The notes beneath the pieces were generated by a model. The model was not told the origin of the DNA. It worked only from the letters and a program-made list of their open reading frames with translations, and searched no databases. The position numbers were made by a program, and so were the translations under genes. DNA of 64,000 bases from Candidatus Latescibacterota bacterium. GTDB taxonomy: Bacteria; Latescibacterota; UBA2968; UBA8231. Where the stretch lies: assembly GCA_965204725.1 (NCBI GenBank), contig OZ242005.1, positions 3,520,001 to 3,584,000 of the forward strand, read 5' to 3'. Numbering within the stretch: the first letter of the stretch is position 1; every line of letters begins with the position of its first letter. Positions 37,017 through 47,686 of the stretch are shown here, piece after piece.

Positions 37017-39119
37017 CTACGCTACCGAGACTTCGTACTGGCCGGCCCGTCGCAATACCATCACCACCCGCTCCGCTTGGCTGATTAGTTCCTGCACGTA
37101 GGAGTTGGGGTGGGCCTTCTCGTTGCGCCACACCGTCTCGCCGTTGATTTCGATTTGGGGGAAGCGTTTGTCGCAACGGGGTAAGGCAAGATGCGTTTGG
37201 CCGTCGTGCGGAACGGCAAGGTGCGCGGAAAAGCCGCCGCTGTATGCCCCCCACGCGATCTCGACATCGCCGTGTGGCGTGGGCACGACGCCCTCGGCGC
37301 GTTCGAGCCCGGACAACTGCGGCCGAATCTCCAAGATCCCCTCGGCCTTCGACTCAACCCCTAGCACATGCGCCGCGAGCAAGCTCTCCGGCCCCGGTTG
37401 CGCGGTCAACGAGCCGGCCTTCTCGCCCCACGTCTGTCCCGGACGCGCCAGCAAGCGGCCCCACTTTCTCTGTACGTACGCTAAAGCCGCCGAGCCGGCG
37501 TCCGCTTGCCACAGCGCCCCGGCGACAAAAAACGCCTGCCACAAATCGTCTTCGGCCGCCGAGCCGCCGGATAGGTGCTGCGCCACCTGTGCCTGCTGGC
37601 TGGGGTTGGCCAAAGCAAAGTAGAGTACCAAGGCATTCGTCCAGCGGCTGCAATCACCAGCCCCAGCGGCAGCGGCAAAAAGCCCTTGCGCTTCGCTCCA
37701 AGCGGCTTGCAATTCCTGCTGCGCCCGATGATGGGCGCGCTCGCATTGGGCGGCTTGCTGGCGGTCGCCCATGCGTCGGCACAAGGCGGCGACCGCTTGC
37801 CAAGCCCCGGCTCGCAACGCGACCGCAGCGGTCGCTGGCGCGGCTTCGGCCTCGGCCGTTTGCAAGCCGCTCACTAGGCTCGCTAGCGGCACGGCAGCCG
37901 ACTGGTCGCCGCCGTACCGCTGCACCCGCTCGACAGACAGCGCGTGGAAACAGGCCTGTTCCCCGCCAAGCGGTGCTTTGCTACCCGTCAGCACGGCGCG
38001 CGCTGTGTCCACGCAGCCGGTCGCGCACCAATCGTTCATGGCCCAAACGTAGAAGTGGTCCCAGCGGATCGGTTCCTCCCCGAGATCGTACCCCTCTTGT
38101 CGGCTAGCGGCTACGGTTTGTTCCCCGGTCTGCCACAGCCGCTCCCAGTCTTTGTCTGCGGTTGTAAAGCACCCGCGCACTGCAACGGCTACGCGCCGCT
38201 CCACCAGCGAGACACTGTCTATTTCTATCTCTTCTAGGCACGGTCCGACCCGCACCACTAGGTAGCGACACGTCGCCAAGTGCGGCACGGTCCACTCCTG
38301 TAACCCATCGCGGCACACGTAGCGCAAACGCGATTCCACCGCGCCCGACGCCCGCGCAAAACCTAGGTCAATCACCGCGCTGGACCGGCCCCGCAGCCGC
38401 AGATGGGGGAATCCGCGCAGCAATCGTCCGAAGTCTAAAACCAAATACGCGGCCCGGGCTGGATCTGTTGCCTGCACCAAACACTGGGCTTTACCGGGGG
38501 CCAGCAACGCTTCCCGCCGCACACACTTGGCGGTCTGCATGGGCGCGGGATACGCGATCCATTCGAGTTCCCCTTCGCTAGCGACCTCGCTAAAAGCCAC
38601 CACCTCCCGCGCTGACACCATGCTTTCCACCGCCGGCAACGGCGACCAATCCCTCGGCTCGGGGCCAGCCACCACGGCTGCTTCCTGCCATCCCGCAAAC
38701 CGCCCCTTAGTCCACTCGGTCGGCTCCAACCCGGCGGCGTAGCCGGCCGGCCCTTGCCAAGCACTGGCCGGCTGCACCTGCCAAGGCGCACCCGTGTACA
38801 GCACCTGCTCGGCCCCATCGCTGCGCTCGATTGCTCCCTCGGCGCGAAACCAGTCGGCTACGCCGCGGCCGACGGCAAAGACCAAGAGCACGTTTTCGCC
38901 CTCCCGCAGCGCAGCCTCCAACGCGAACCGCTCCCACACGGCCACTTCAGCCGCCGCTGGCCCCAATCCCCGGCCCACGCGCTCGCCGTTCAAATACACC
39001 TCGTATGGGCCACTCGCAGCACAGCGCAGCAGCCCTTTGACTGCTGCGCTGCTCAGGTGGAATTTGAGGCGGATGTACACGGCCGGCGCGGCCGGGTGCC
39101 ATATAGCTTGCGAGCGCAT
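37017..39119 (-). CDS. Alpha-L-rhamnosidase (GH78)-like protein, divergent
   Basis: YEVYLNGERVG, LVLDFG, and HVLGV...IRPQL...AEGVVPTPHGDVEIAW domain signatures. Confidence 0.65.
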   Translation of the reverse strand: MRSQAIWHPAAPAVYIRLKFHLSSAAVKGLLRCAASGPYEVYLNGERVGRGLGPAAAEVAVWERFALEAALREGENVLLVFAVGRGVADWFRAEGAIERSDGAEQVLYTGAPWQVQPASAWQGPAGYAAGLEPTEWTKGRFAGWQEAAVVAGPEPRDWSPLPAVESMVSAREVVAFSEVASEGELEWIAYPAPMQTAKCVRREALLAPGKAQCLVQATDPARAAYLVLDFGRLLRGFPHLRLRGRSSAVIDLGFARASGAVESRLRYVCRDGLQEWTVPHLATCRYLVVRVGPCLEEIEIDSVSLVERRVAVAVRGCFTTADKDWERLWQTGEQTVAASRQEGYDLGEEPIRWDHFYVWAMNDWCATGCVDTARAVLTGSKAPLGGEQACFHALSVERVQRYGGDQSAAVPLASLVSGLQTAEAEAAPATAAVALRAGAWQAVAALCRRMGDRQQAAQCERAHHRAQQELQAAWSEAQGLFAAAAGAGDCSRWTNALVLYFALANPSQQAQVAQHLSGGSAAEDDLWQAFFVAGALWQADAGSAALAYVQRKWGRLLARPGQTWGEKAGSLTAQPGPESLLAAHVLGVESKAEGILEIRPQLSGLERAEGVVPTPHGDVEIAWGAYSGGFSAHLAVPHDGQTHLALPRCDKRFPQIEINGETVWRNEKAHPNSYVQELISQAERVVMVLRRAGQYEVSVA

Positions 39120-39121
39120 AC

Positions 39122-40504
39122 TCAATGGACGGGCATCCGCAACCCCACCAGTCGCGTCCCTTGCGATCCGAGCACCCGCACCATAAACGCATCCCCCGGC
39201 TCAATTGCTTCCAACACATCCTCGTACTCTGCCACGGTTTCCACCCACTCGCCGTTTATCTGCTGAATGAGCATCCATCGGCGCAAACCCCGCTTGGCCG
39301 CCTCACTGCCTCTGGCCACCTGCACGATCACCACCCCCGATTCGTCTTGGTAGCCCAAGCGTTCCGCCCACTCGTCCTTTAGGTCCTCCACCCGGATCCC
39401 CAGCGGCCCACGCGCCTCGTTGGAATCGCGGGGCTCGGCTGCGGAGGCTAAGGCCTCCTCGGTCAGCGACTCCAACTCGACCTTGACGCGCTTCTTCTCG
39501 CCCTCGCGCAACACCAGCAACTCGACCTCCACGCCGGGGGCGGTGCGCCCGATCTGACTCCTTAGATCGACTGCGTTGTGGACGGGCTGGCCATCGACTT
39601 CAAGCACGATGTCGTCTCTTTTGACGCCGGCCTTATCCGCCGCTCGCCCAGAGACCACGTTGCGGATCAACACGCCTTGGGTGTTGTCCAGCCCCATGGC
39701 TTCGGCCAACAGCGGATCCAAGTTGTCGATCCTCACACCGAGCAAACCGCGCCGCACCTCGCCGTGCTCAATGAGCTGCTCGGCCACGTGTTTGACCAAG
39801 TTGATTGGAATGGCAAAGCCAATGCCTATATTGCCGCCGTCGTTGCTGGTGATGGCGGTGTTGAGGCCCACGAGCTCCCCGCGCAAGTTGATTAGGCCCC
39901 CGCCGCTATTGCCCTTGTTGAGGGCGGCATCGGTCTGGATGAAAGAGCCGTACTCGCGGCCAAAACGATCCCGCCCCAGCGCACTGACCGTGCCCATAGT
40001 CACGGAGTGGGCAAAGCCCAAGGGATTGCCTATGGCCATCACCCACTCGCCCTCGCGCAACTGGTCTGAGTCGCCCAATGTCAGGGTGGGTAGGTTTTCG
40101 GCGTCGATCTTCAGCACGGCCACATCGCTCAAGGTGTCGCGACCGACCACCTCGGCTGCAAAAAACCGCGAATCGGTCGCTTCTACGCGGATATTGTCGG
40201 CGCGGCGAATCACGTGGTTGTTGGTGATGACGTACTGCTGGCCGTCAAACTCAACGATCACGCCCGAGCCTTGGCCCTGGTGCCATTGGTCGGGGGCGCG
40301 GAAGGGCCTTCGCCACGGCAGGTCAAGTACGCGGCCCTCCTCCGTGCCCTCGGTAGTGATTTTTACGACGCCGTGCTTAACCTGCGCGGCGAGTTCGGCA
40401 AAGCCATCGCTCATCTGGCGCAAAAGCTGCATGTTGTCGCTGGCTCGGGCATTGCCAGCTATGGCGAGGCTTAGAATGAATAGGGAAAAGCACAACTTCC
40501 GCAT
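39122..40504 (-). CDS. DegP/DegQ (HtrA, Do) serine protease with two PDZ domains
   Basis: GQGSGVI, TNNHV, DVAVLK and QTDAALNKGNSGG; signal peptide. Confidence 0.93.
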   Translation of the reverse strand: MRKLCFSLFILSLAIAGNARASDNMQLLRQMSDGFAELAAQVKHGVVKITTEGTEEGRVLDLPWRRPFRAPDQWHQGQGSGVIVEFDGQQYVITNNHVIRRADNIRVEATDSRFFAAEVVGRDTLSDVAVLKIDAENLPTLTLGDSDQLREGEWVMAIGNPLGFAHSVTMGTVSALGRDRFGREYGSFIQTDAALNKGNSGGGLINLRGELVGLNTAITSNDGGNIGIGFAIPINLVKHVAEQLIEHGEVRRGLLGVRIDNLDPLLAEAMGLDNTQGVLIRNVVSGRAADKAGVKRDDIVLEVDGQPVHNAVDLRSQIGRTAPGVEVELLVLREGEKKRVKVELESLTEEALASAAEPRDSNEARGPLGIRVEDLKDEWAERLGYQDESGVVIVQVARGSEAAKRGLRRWMLIQQINGEWVETVAEYEDVLEAIEPGDAFMVRVLGSQGTRLVGLRMPVH

Positions 40505-40825
40505 GGTATTCCTCTCTGAAAAGGGTGTGAAAGTACGGATAATTTTCAAGGTTCACAAAAAAAGACGACAAGCACTAAATCGCGGTTCCCGCTTCAGGCG
40601 GCTTCTCAGAAGCGTTCTAAAATTAGGGTTTCAGTTTCTGATTCGGTTGAGAAACCGTAGGGCTTCCTGCAAAATGGGACATTGTGGCACTCAAGGGGCT
40701 GGAATGAGTAAAAAAGGGCGTGGATCTGTCAGACGAGACTCAGGCGAAAGAGTGCCAACTTCCTCGCGGTGGTTGAAGTCGGCCTAAGTTTGCGTATGCC
40801 TTTTCTGCTGTTGCCGCTACATCCG

Positions 40826-40872
40826 GGATCGAGGGCGTCCCGCCCTCGACGAGGGCAAGATGCCCTCGATCC
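40826..40872. repeat. Inverted REP doublet (REPIN-like)
   Basis: GGATCGAGGGCGTCCCGCCCTCG-A-CGAGGGCAAGATGCCCTCGATCC; arms match 20/23 and each arm is itself a hairpin. Confidence 0.7.
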
Positions 40873-40875
40873 TTA

Positions 40876-41010
40876 GAGGCTGTCTGAAAACCCACCTTGG
40901 GTCCTGTTGAACAAGCCGTAGAGACAGGATCCGTCATTCCCGCGAAAGCGGGAATCCAGCCGGTACCGTTTAGACGCAAGGGACGACTACCAGAGTTTTC
41001 AGACCGCTTC
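40876..41010. mobile_element. 135-bp MITE, IS5-family (IS1031-like) ends
   Basis: TIRs GAGGCTGTCTGAAAA / TTTTCAGACCGCTTC (13/15 match); TTA on both flanks; internal GTCATTCCCGCGAAAGCGGGAATCC hairpin. Confidence 0.75.
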
Positions 41011-41077
41011 TTAGAAAATTGGAGGCTAGTGCGTGTAGTAAGAAAGTCGGCTGTAAAAGCAGGTCCTCGTCGGCGAT

Positions 41078-42244
41078 CTATTTGATCCCCACGGCCCGGC
41101 GCAGCGGCTCGGCCTCGTCGGTCCGTTCCCAGACGAACTCGGGCTCCTCGCGGCCAAAGTGGCCGTAGTTGGTGGTCTTTCGGTAGATGGGCCGCCTCAG
41201 TTGGAGGGTCTCGATGATGCCCTTGGGAGTTAGGGCGAAAACCTTGGGCACGGCCGCGGCGATCTCCTCGTCGGGCGCGACGCCCGTGCCAAAGGTATCG
41301 ACCCGCACGGATACGGGCGCGGCCACGCCAATGGCATACGCCAGTTGCACTTGGCAGCGGGCGGCCAAGCGGGCGGCCACCACGTTCTTGGCCACACAGC
41401 GCGCCATGTAGTGGGCGCTGCGGTCCACCTTGCTGGGGTCCTTGCCGGAAAAGGCCCCGCCGCCGTGCGGACACGCGCCCCCGTACGTATCGACGATGAT
41501 CTTGCGGCCGGTCAATCCGCAGTCGCCGGTCGGCCCCCCGATGACGAAGCGACCGGTGGGATTGACGTGATACTGGGTGCCTTCGTCGAGCAGATGGGCG
41601 GGGATTACTTCTTTTATAACCTGCTCGATCATGTCTTTTGCGATCTGATCGTGCCGGGCCTCCGGGGCGTGTTGGGTCGAGAGGACTACGGCTCCTACTC
41701 GCACGGGCTGGCCGTTTTCGTACTCGACCGTGACCTGAGACTTGGCGTCCGGGCGCAGGTAGGGAATTTTCCCGCCTTGGCGCAGCCGCGTCAGGTGCTG
41801 CATAAGCCCGTGCGCGAGGGTGATGGGCAGCGGCATGAGCTGAGGGGTTTCGCGGCAGGCATAGCCAAACATCATGCCTTGGTCGCCAGCACCTTCTTCC
41901 TTGTGCAGCCCCTCGCCCGCGTTGACGCCTTGGGCTATATCGGCCGATTGCTGGCCCAAAGCCACGAGAATTTTGCACGAGCGAAAGTCAAAACCCTGCT
42001 CGGGATCGCAGTAGCCAATATCGGCGATGACCTGCCTGACGAGGGCCTCAATGTCTAGGCGAGCCTCGCTTTTAACCTCGCCGGCGACTACGACTCGGTC
42101 GGTGGTGACGAGGGTCTCGCAGGCGACCCGGGCGTTGGGGTCTTCGGCGAGCATGGCGTCAAGGACGGCGTCGGAAATCTGGTCGGCGACTTTGTCGGGG
42201 TGCCCTTCGGACACGGATTCGGAAGTAAACATGGATTTGGACAT
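41078..42244 (-). CDS. metK: S-adenosylmethionine synthetase
   Basis: [19 protein letters not shown] and [16 protein letters not shown]. Confidence 0.98.
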   Translation of the reverse strand: MSKSMFTSESVSEGHPDKVADQISDAVLDAMLAEDPNARVACETLVTTDRVVVAGEVKSEARLDIEALVRQVIADIGYCDPEQGFDFRSCKILVALGQQSADIAQGVNAGEGLHKEEGAGDQGMMFGYACRETPQLMPLPITLAHGLMQHLTRLRQGGKIPYLRPDAKSQVTVEYENGQPVRVGAVVLSTQHAPEARHDQIAKDMIEQVIKEVIPAHLLDEGTQYHVNPTGRFVIGGPTGDCGLTGRKIIVDTYGGACPHGGGAFSGKDPSKVDRSAHYMARCVAKNVVAARLAARCQVQLAYAIGVAAPVSVRVDTFGTGVAPDEEIAAAVPKVFALTPKGIIETLQLRRPIYRKTTNYGHFGREEPEFVWERTDEAEPLRRAVGIK

Positions 42245-42266
42245 GGTGTATTATCGAGCTCCTTCA

Positions 42267-44030
42267 CTAAGACTTATGATGCCAGAAGGGCATGTACTCG
42301 CCGACGGAATCCTCCAAGTGTTGGCGCACTTCGGCCCCGGTATCCATGGCCAAGCACTCGTCGGCGATCTGCCGCGCCTTGTCAGCGCGGATGGCGCGAA
42401 TGACCTCCTTGACCTCCGGGATGAGGCCGGGGCTTAGGCTCAGACAATCCAGCCCGAGGCCGAGCAAGAGCGTCGTGGCCAAGGGGTCGCCGGCCATCTC
42501 GCCGCAGATGCTCACCGGCGTGTTCGTGCGCTGGCCGCTGTCGGTGACCATCTTGATCAAGCGCAAGACCGCCGGGTGAAACGGGTCGTAGAGCCAAGCC
42601 ACTTTGCTCATGCCCCGATCGACAGCCAATGCGTATTGGGTCAGATCGTTGGTGCCGAGGCTGAAAAAATCGACTTCGCTGGCAAAGTGATCGGCCATCA
42701 AAGCCACGGACGGCACTTCGACCATGATGCCTAGCTTGCAGTGCTCGGCAAAGGGCTGCCCGGCCGCGCGCAACTCGTCTTTGGTTTCCTCCACTAGCTC
42801 CCGGATGCGCCGCAACTCGTTTAGGCTGGATAGCATCGGCAACAAGATGTGCGTCTCGCCGTGTACTCCGGTCCTGAGCAGGGCGCGCAACTGCGTCTTG
42901 AACAGGTCTGGGGTATCGAGGCAAATGCGGATGCCGCGCCACCCCAAGAAGGGGTTGGCCTCGGGCGGCACCTCCAAGACGTGGGACAGCTTGTCGCCGC
43001 CCAAGTCCATGGTGCGGATCACCACGGGATGCGGGCTGAGCGATTTGACGAGGGAGGAATAGACCTTGAACTGCTCCTCCTCGGAGGGCAAGCGGTAGTT
43101 GAGATACAGGAACTCGGTGCGGTACATGCCCACGCCGCGGGCACCGTGGTCGAGCGCCATCTGCACTTCGGTCGGCACATCGACGTTGGCCATCAACGCG
43201 ATTTCCCGCCCGTCTTGGGTAACGGCGGGCAAGCCGCGCCGTCGCTCTAGGTTGCGCTCGCGCTGGAGCTGACGCCGGCGACGCGCTCGATAATGCCGCT
43301 CGCCGCGGGCATCGGGCCGCAAGTGGACCTGGCCTTCGTTGCCATCGACAACTACTAGGTCGCCATCTGCTACGTGCCGCGAACAATCGCCGGTGCCGAC
43401 GACCGTGGGCAGTTGCAACGAGCGGGCGATGATGGCCGCGTGTGAAGCCGCGCCGCCGGCATCGAGCACCACGCCTTTGATCCGGCGGCGCTCTAGGCGC
43501 ACCATCTCCGAGGGCAGCAAGTCGTGCGCTAGGACAATCGTGTTGGCGCGGAGCGAATCGAGGGCTTTGACCTCGCCCCCGGCCAATCGCATCAACACCT
43601 GATTTTCTATATCTACAACGTCGCTTATCCGCGCCCGCAGGTATTCGTTTTCAATGTTGCCGAAGGCCTCTTTGACTCTCTCCAACTCCGCGGCGTACGC
43701 CCGCTCGGCCGAATAGTGCTTTTCGCGAATCAAGGCCTCGGTCCGCGCGGCGATGGACGGGTCCTCTATCATGGCGAGCTGGGCGTCGAACATCTGCGCC
43801 AACTCCTCGCCCTGCTCGCTGGCGACCCAGCGGCGAATGCGGCGGATTTCGTCCCCAGCTTGGTGGAGTATGTTGCGAAAGCGCTCAACCTCCTCCCCAA
43901 CCAAGTGCTGCGCCACGCGGCGGCGGGTGATGACCGGGGCCCGCTTGTGGTATGCGAAAGCTCGGCCAATGCCAATGCCGGAGGAGACGCAGATGCCATT
44001 GAAAACTTTATGTGCGCTGGTCGTGGTCAA
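42267..44030 (-). CDS. ptsI: PTS enzyme I (PEP-protein phosphotransferase)
   Basis: GGAASHAAIIARS, GMYRTEFL, EANPFLGWRG, LGTNDLTQY and CGEMAGDP. Confidence 0.95.
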   Translation of the reverse strand: MTTTSAHKVFNGICVSSGIGIGRAFAYHKRAPVITRRRVAQHLVGEEVERFRNILHQAGDEIRRIRRWVASEQGEELAQMFDAQLAMIEDPSIAARTEALIREKHYSAERAYAAELERVKEAFGNIENEYLRARISDVVDIENQVLMRLAGGEVKALDSLRANTIVLAHDLLPSEMVRLERRRIKGVVLDAGGAASHAAIIARSLQLPTVVGTGDCSRHVADGDLVVVDGNEGQVHLRPDARGERHYRARRRRQLQRERNLERRRGLPAVTQDGREIALMANVDVPTEVQMALDHGARGVGMYRTEFLYLNYRLPSEEEQFKVYSSLVKSLSPHPVVIRTMDLGGDKLSHVLEVPPEANPFLGWRGIRICLDTPDLFKTQLRALLRTGVHGETHILLPMLSSLNELRRIRELVEETKDELRAAGQPFAEHCKLGIMVEVPSVALMADHFASEVDFFSLGTNDLTQYALAVDRGMSKVAWLYDPFHPAVLRLIKMVTDSGQRTNTPVSICGEMAGDPLATTLLLGLGLDCLSLSPGLIPEVKEVIRAIRADKARQIADECLAMDTGAEVRQHLEDSVGEYMPFWHHKS

Positions 44031-44299
44031 GCCTGCTCCTCGAATGTGCTCTCCAGCAGGGAGACCATGGCCTCGACGGCCGCGGCCTCGTCCTCACCCT
44101 CGGCCCGCACGGCGACTTGGGCCCCTTGCTCGGCCGCCAGCATCATCACGCCCATGATGCTCTTGCCGTTGACCCCATCGACGTCGCCTTTGGACAGGTA
44201 AATCTCGGCGTTGAATTGGGCCGCCGTCTGCACCAAGAGCGCGGCCGGACGAGCGTGAATGCCTAGCGGATTGTTGATCGTGGCCGTCTTTTCAACCAT
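44027..44299 (-). CDS. ptsH: Phosphocarrier protein HPr
   Basis: GIHARPAA (His15) and GKSIMGVM (Ser46). Confidence 0.95.
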   Translation of the reverse strand: MVEKTATINNPLGIHARPAALLVQTAAQFNAEIYLSKGDVDGVNGKSIMGVMMLAAEQGAQVAVRAEGEDEAAAVEAMVSLLESTFEEQA

Positions 44300-44314
44300 G
44301 GCCTATTGCTACTC

Positions 44315-45064
44315 CTATCGTTCTTGCGCGTGTACTGCTCGGCTTAGGGCGTACAGGCGCTGCTGATCGTCTTCGACGACGCTGCCCGTGACGACGAAAT
44401 CTGCGCCGGCCTCCACCTTGGCCCGCGCCACCTTGGGGTCGCGAATGCCGCCGCCGACGACGACCGGCACTGAGACGCAATCGGCGACCGCGCTCACCAT
44501 TTCGTCGGGCACCGGAGCACACGCGCCGCTGCCGGTCTCTAGGTAAATGAGCCGCATGCCCAAGTACTCGGCGGCCAAAGCGTGGGCCATGGCAATATCG
44601 GTCTTGTCGCGCGGAATGGGCCGGGTATCGCTCATAAATTCCACGGAGGTCAGGGTCCCAGACTCGACCAGCATATATCCGGTGGGGATGGTCTCAATGC
44701 CGTACTCGCGGATTAAGGGGGCGGCCTTGACGTGCTCGCCGATCAAGAACTCGGGGTTGCGCCCGCTAACCAGCGACAGAAAGAGGATGGCATCGGCCGT
44801 AGGGACCATTTGGCCCGCGCTGCCGGGAAAGCTGATCACCGGCACATCGACTTGGGTGCGGACGCGCTCGAAACAGACCGCATTGCGCGACGAGAACATC
44901 AGGCTCGTGCCGATGAGAATGGCATCGGCCCCGGCCGCAACGCAGAGCTGGGCGCGCGCCTCCAATTCGTCGGGCTCCAAGCGATCGGGGTCCAGCAGGG
45001 GCAGGTAGCCAGCACCGCGACGCTGGCGGATGTCCAGTAGGTGTTGCAGTACACTGCTAGTCAC
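44315..45064 (-). CDS. Geranylgeranylglyceryl phosphate synthase, group II (PcrB family)
   Basis: LLDPD, FPG, SLVSGRNPEFLIGEHV, TGYMLV, IYLETGSG, VGGGIR and VVTG. Confidence 0.9.
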   Translation of the reverse strand: MTSSVLQHLLDIRQRRGAGYLPLLDPDRLEPDELEARAQLCVAAGADAILIGTSLMFSSRNAVCFERVRTQVDVPVISFPGSAGQMVPTADAILFLSLVSGRNPEFLIGEHVKAAPLIREYGIETIPTGYMLVESGTLTSVEFMSDTRPIPRDKTDIAMAHALAAEYLGMRLIYLETGSGACAPVPDEMVSAVADCVSVPVVVGGGIRDPKVARAKVEAGADFVVTGSVVEDDQQRLYALSRAVHAQER

Positions 45065-45076
45065 AAATTAGCTCGT

Positions 45077-47686
45077 CTATTTTAGCTGCTGCTCGACGAT
45101 GCGCGCCACTTGTTCTAGGGCTGAGTCGAGTTTGTCTGGGTCGCGCCCGCCGGCTTGGGCCAAGTGCGCCTTGCCGCCGCCCGAGCCGCCGGCTAGCTGC
45201 GCCACGCCGCGCACAATGTCGCCGGCCTTCAGCCCGCGGTCCTTAATCACATCGTCGGTGACAACGGCGATGAAGGAAACCTTGCCGCCGATATCCGCCC
45301 CCAAGACGCCGACCCCCGACCCCAAGCTCTCGCGCAGTCCGTCGGCCATGGTTCGCAGGCTGGGGACGTCCTCTGCTTGGGTGCGCCGCGCCACAACCGC
45401 GACCCCTTGCACTTGCTGCGCTCCACTCGACAGATCGCTCGTCTCTAGCGCGGCAACCCGCCGCCGCAATTCGTCGAGGGTGCGCTCCAACTGGCGATTG
45501 CGCCCCAAGAGCGTCTCGATTTTGTCGGCGAGTGCTTCGGGCGCGGCGTTGAGCCGGGCACCCAAGTCGGCCAATATCTGCCGCCGCTGGTGCGCGACGC
45601 GCTCGGCACCTGCGCCGGTCAACGCCTCGCTGCGCCGGACGCCCGCGGCAATGCCGCTTTCGGCGACCAAATCGAACGCGCCGATTTCGCCGGTCGAGCG
45701 CACGTGGGTGCCGCCGCATAGCTCTAGGCTAAAGTCACCGATCTGCACTACGCGAACTTGGTCCTCGTATTTTTCCCCGAAGAGCGCCTGCGCCCCCATG
45801 GCCTTGGCTTTTTCCAACTCTTCGCGGAAGGTGCTCACAGCTAGATCGGCGCGAATCTGCTCGTTGACTCGCTCTTCGATTTCGCGCAACTGCTCCGGCG
45901 TCACCGCGGCGAAATGCGAAAAGTCAAAGCGCAAGCGGTCCGGCGCGACCAGCGAACCCATCTGCCCTACGTGCTCGCCGAGCGTCCGCCGCAACGACTC
46001 GTGCAACAAATGGGTGGCCGTGTGGTTGCGCTCGGCGTCTATGCGGGCTTGGCGATCTACGCGGGCATCAACGGCCCCGGTCAACGCATCGGCTTCGCCT
46101 GCTACTAGACGCCCTTTGTGGACGATGCGGTCGTGCGCTTTCTGGACGTCTTCCACTTCGACGATAAAGTTTTCGCCCTCAATGCGCCCTTGGTCGCCGA
46201 CTTGGCCCCCGGCCTCGGCGTAGAAAGGGGTGCGGTCTAACACGAGCCACACCCGGCCATCCGCGCCTCCTTCGGCCTGCACCACCTGAGCTTCTACTTC
46301 CAACTCGTCGTAGCCGACGAAGAGCGAATGCGCTGCCGCCAAGGTATGGCCGACGCCTTCGGTCGCACTAAACTGGGTACGGGTGGCTTGGCGCGACCGC
46401 TGCCGTTGGGCCGCGAGTGCGCGGTCGAATTCCTCCCGCTCGACCAGTGGGATCCCCTGTTCGCGGGCCATTAGCTCCGTCAGGTCCAGCGGGAAACCGT
46501 AGGTGTCGTAGAGCTGGAAGGCATCGCCGCCGGTGATCTGACCCCGGGCGGCAAACTGCGCGAAGATGTCCAAGCCGCGGTCGAGCGTCTTGCCAAAACC
46601 TTCCTCCTCAGCGTGGATGACGCCGGCGATGTGGTCCTTCCGCGCCGCGATCTCCGGGAAGACATGGCCCATCGTTTCGCTCAACGGGCTGACTAGCTGA
46701 TGAATAAAGGGGCCATGCTGGTCGAGCTGGCGGGCGTAGCGGGCGGCGCGGCGCAAGATGCGGCGCAGGACGTACCCTCGGCCCTCGTTGGCGGGCATCG
46801 CGCCATCGGCCATGGCGAAGCTGAGTGCGCGTACGTGGTCGGCGACGACCTGCATGGGGATGCGGTGCTCGCCGCGGTACTCTTTGCCCGCCAGTTCCCC
46901 GATGCGGCCGATGAGCGGCTGAAAGACGTCGGTCTCGTAGTTGCTCTCGGCGCCCTGCAAGAGGCTGCACATTCGCTCAAAACCCATGCCGGTATCCACG
47001 TGCTTTTCCGGCAGGGGGTGCAGTGCCCCCGTCTCGTCGCGGTTGTACTGGATGAAGACCAAGTTCCAGATCTCGACCAAATCGCCCGTGTCGTCGAGAA
47101 TCATGCGGCGATCCTGCGCGGCTAGATCGTCTCCTAGGTAGTAATGAATCTCGGAGCAGGGGCCGCAGGGGCCGGTCGCGCCCATTTCCCAGAAGTTTTC
47201 CTTGGCTGGTAGGCGAACTACGCGGCCCGGCAGCAAGTCGGTGCATTCATACCAGAGGGCCTCGGCGTCGGCGTCGGCTGCTACCGCGTCGTCGCCGACA
47301 AAGACGGTGGCCCACAGCCGCTCCTTTTCCAAGCCAAAGTGCTCGGTAATTAACTCCCAGCCCCACTCAATGGCCTCTTTTTTGAAGTAGTCGCCAAAGG
47401 ACCAGTTGCCCAGCATCTCAAAGAAGGTGTGGTGCCAAGGGCTGTAGCCGACTTCGTCGAGGTCGTTGTGCTTGCCCGAGACCCGCACGACCTTCTGCGT
47501 GTCAACCGCTCGGGTGTAGTCGCGCCGGCCCAAGCCCAAGAATACATCCTTGAACTGGTTCATGCCGGCGTTGGTGAAATAGAGCGTGGGGTCGTCTTGG
47601 GGCACGACCGGGGCACTCGGTACGCGCACGTGACCCTTACCCTCAAAAAACCGGAGGAACGCCTCTCTAATCTCCCGCGACTTCAC
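45077..47686 (-). CDS. alaS: Alanine--tRNA ligase
   Basis: FTNAGMNQFK, HHTFFEMLGNWSFGDYFK, NHTATHLL, ELCGGTHV and GGSGGG. Confidence 0.98.
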   Translation of the reverse strand: MKSREIREAFLRFFEGKGHVRVPSAPVVPQDDPTLYFTNAGMNQFKDVFLGLGRRDYTRAVDTQKVVRVSGKHNDLDEVGYSPWHHTFFEMLGNWSFGDYFKKEAIEWGWELITEHFGLEKERLWATVFVGDDAVAADADAEALWYECTDLLPGRVVRLPAKENFWEMGATGPCGPCSEIHYYLGDDLAAQDRRMILDDTGDLVEIWNLVFIQYNRDETGALHPLPEKHVDTGMGFERMCSLLQGAESNYETDVFQPLIGRIGELAGKEYRGEHRIPMQVVADHVRALSFAMADGAMPANEGRGYVLRRILRRAARYARQLDQHGPFIHQLVSPLSETMGHVFPEIAARKDHIAGVIHAEEEGFGKTLDRGLDIFAQFAARGQITGGDAFQLYDTYGFPLDLTELMAREQGIPLVEREEFDRALAAQRQRSRQATRTQFSATEGVGHTLAAAHSLFVGYDELEVEAQVVQAEGGADGRVWLVLDRTPFYAEAGGQVGDQGRIEGENFIVEVEDVQKAHDRIVHKGRLVAGEADALTGAVDARVDRQARIDAERNHTATHLLHESLRRTLGEHVGQMGSLVAPDRLRFDFSHFAAVTPEQLREIEERVNEQIRADLAVSTFREELEKAKAMGAQALFGEKYEDQVRVVQIGDFSLELCGGTHVRSTGEIGAFDLVAESGIAAGVRRSEALTGAGAERVAHQRRQILADLGARLNAAPEALADKIETLLGRNRQLERTLDELRRRVAALETSDLSSGAQQVQGVAVVARRTQAEDVPSLRTMADGLRESLGSGVGVLGADIGGKVSFIAVVTDDVIKDRGLKAGDIVRGVAQLAGGSGGGKAHLAQAGGRDPDKLDSALEQVARIVEQQLK

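Noticed and set aside
40740-41978. 412-aa alternative-frame ORF over metK, and similar long antisense ORFs (26309-27565, 39576-40787, 45099-46223, 57731-58966)
   Set aside because: Arg/Pro/Ala-rich shadow frames expected in high-GC DNA, lying over well-supported genes.
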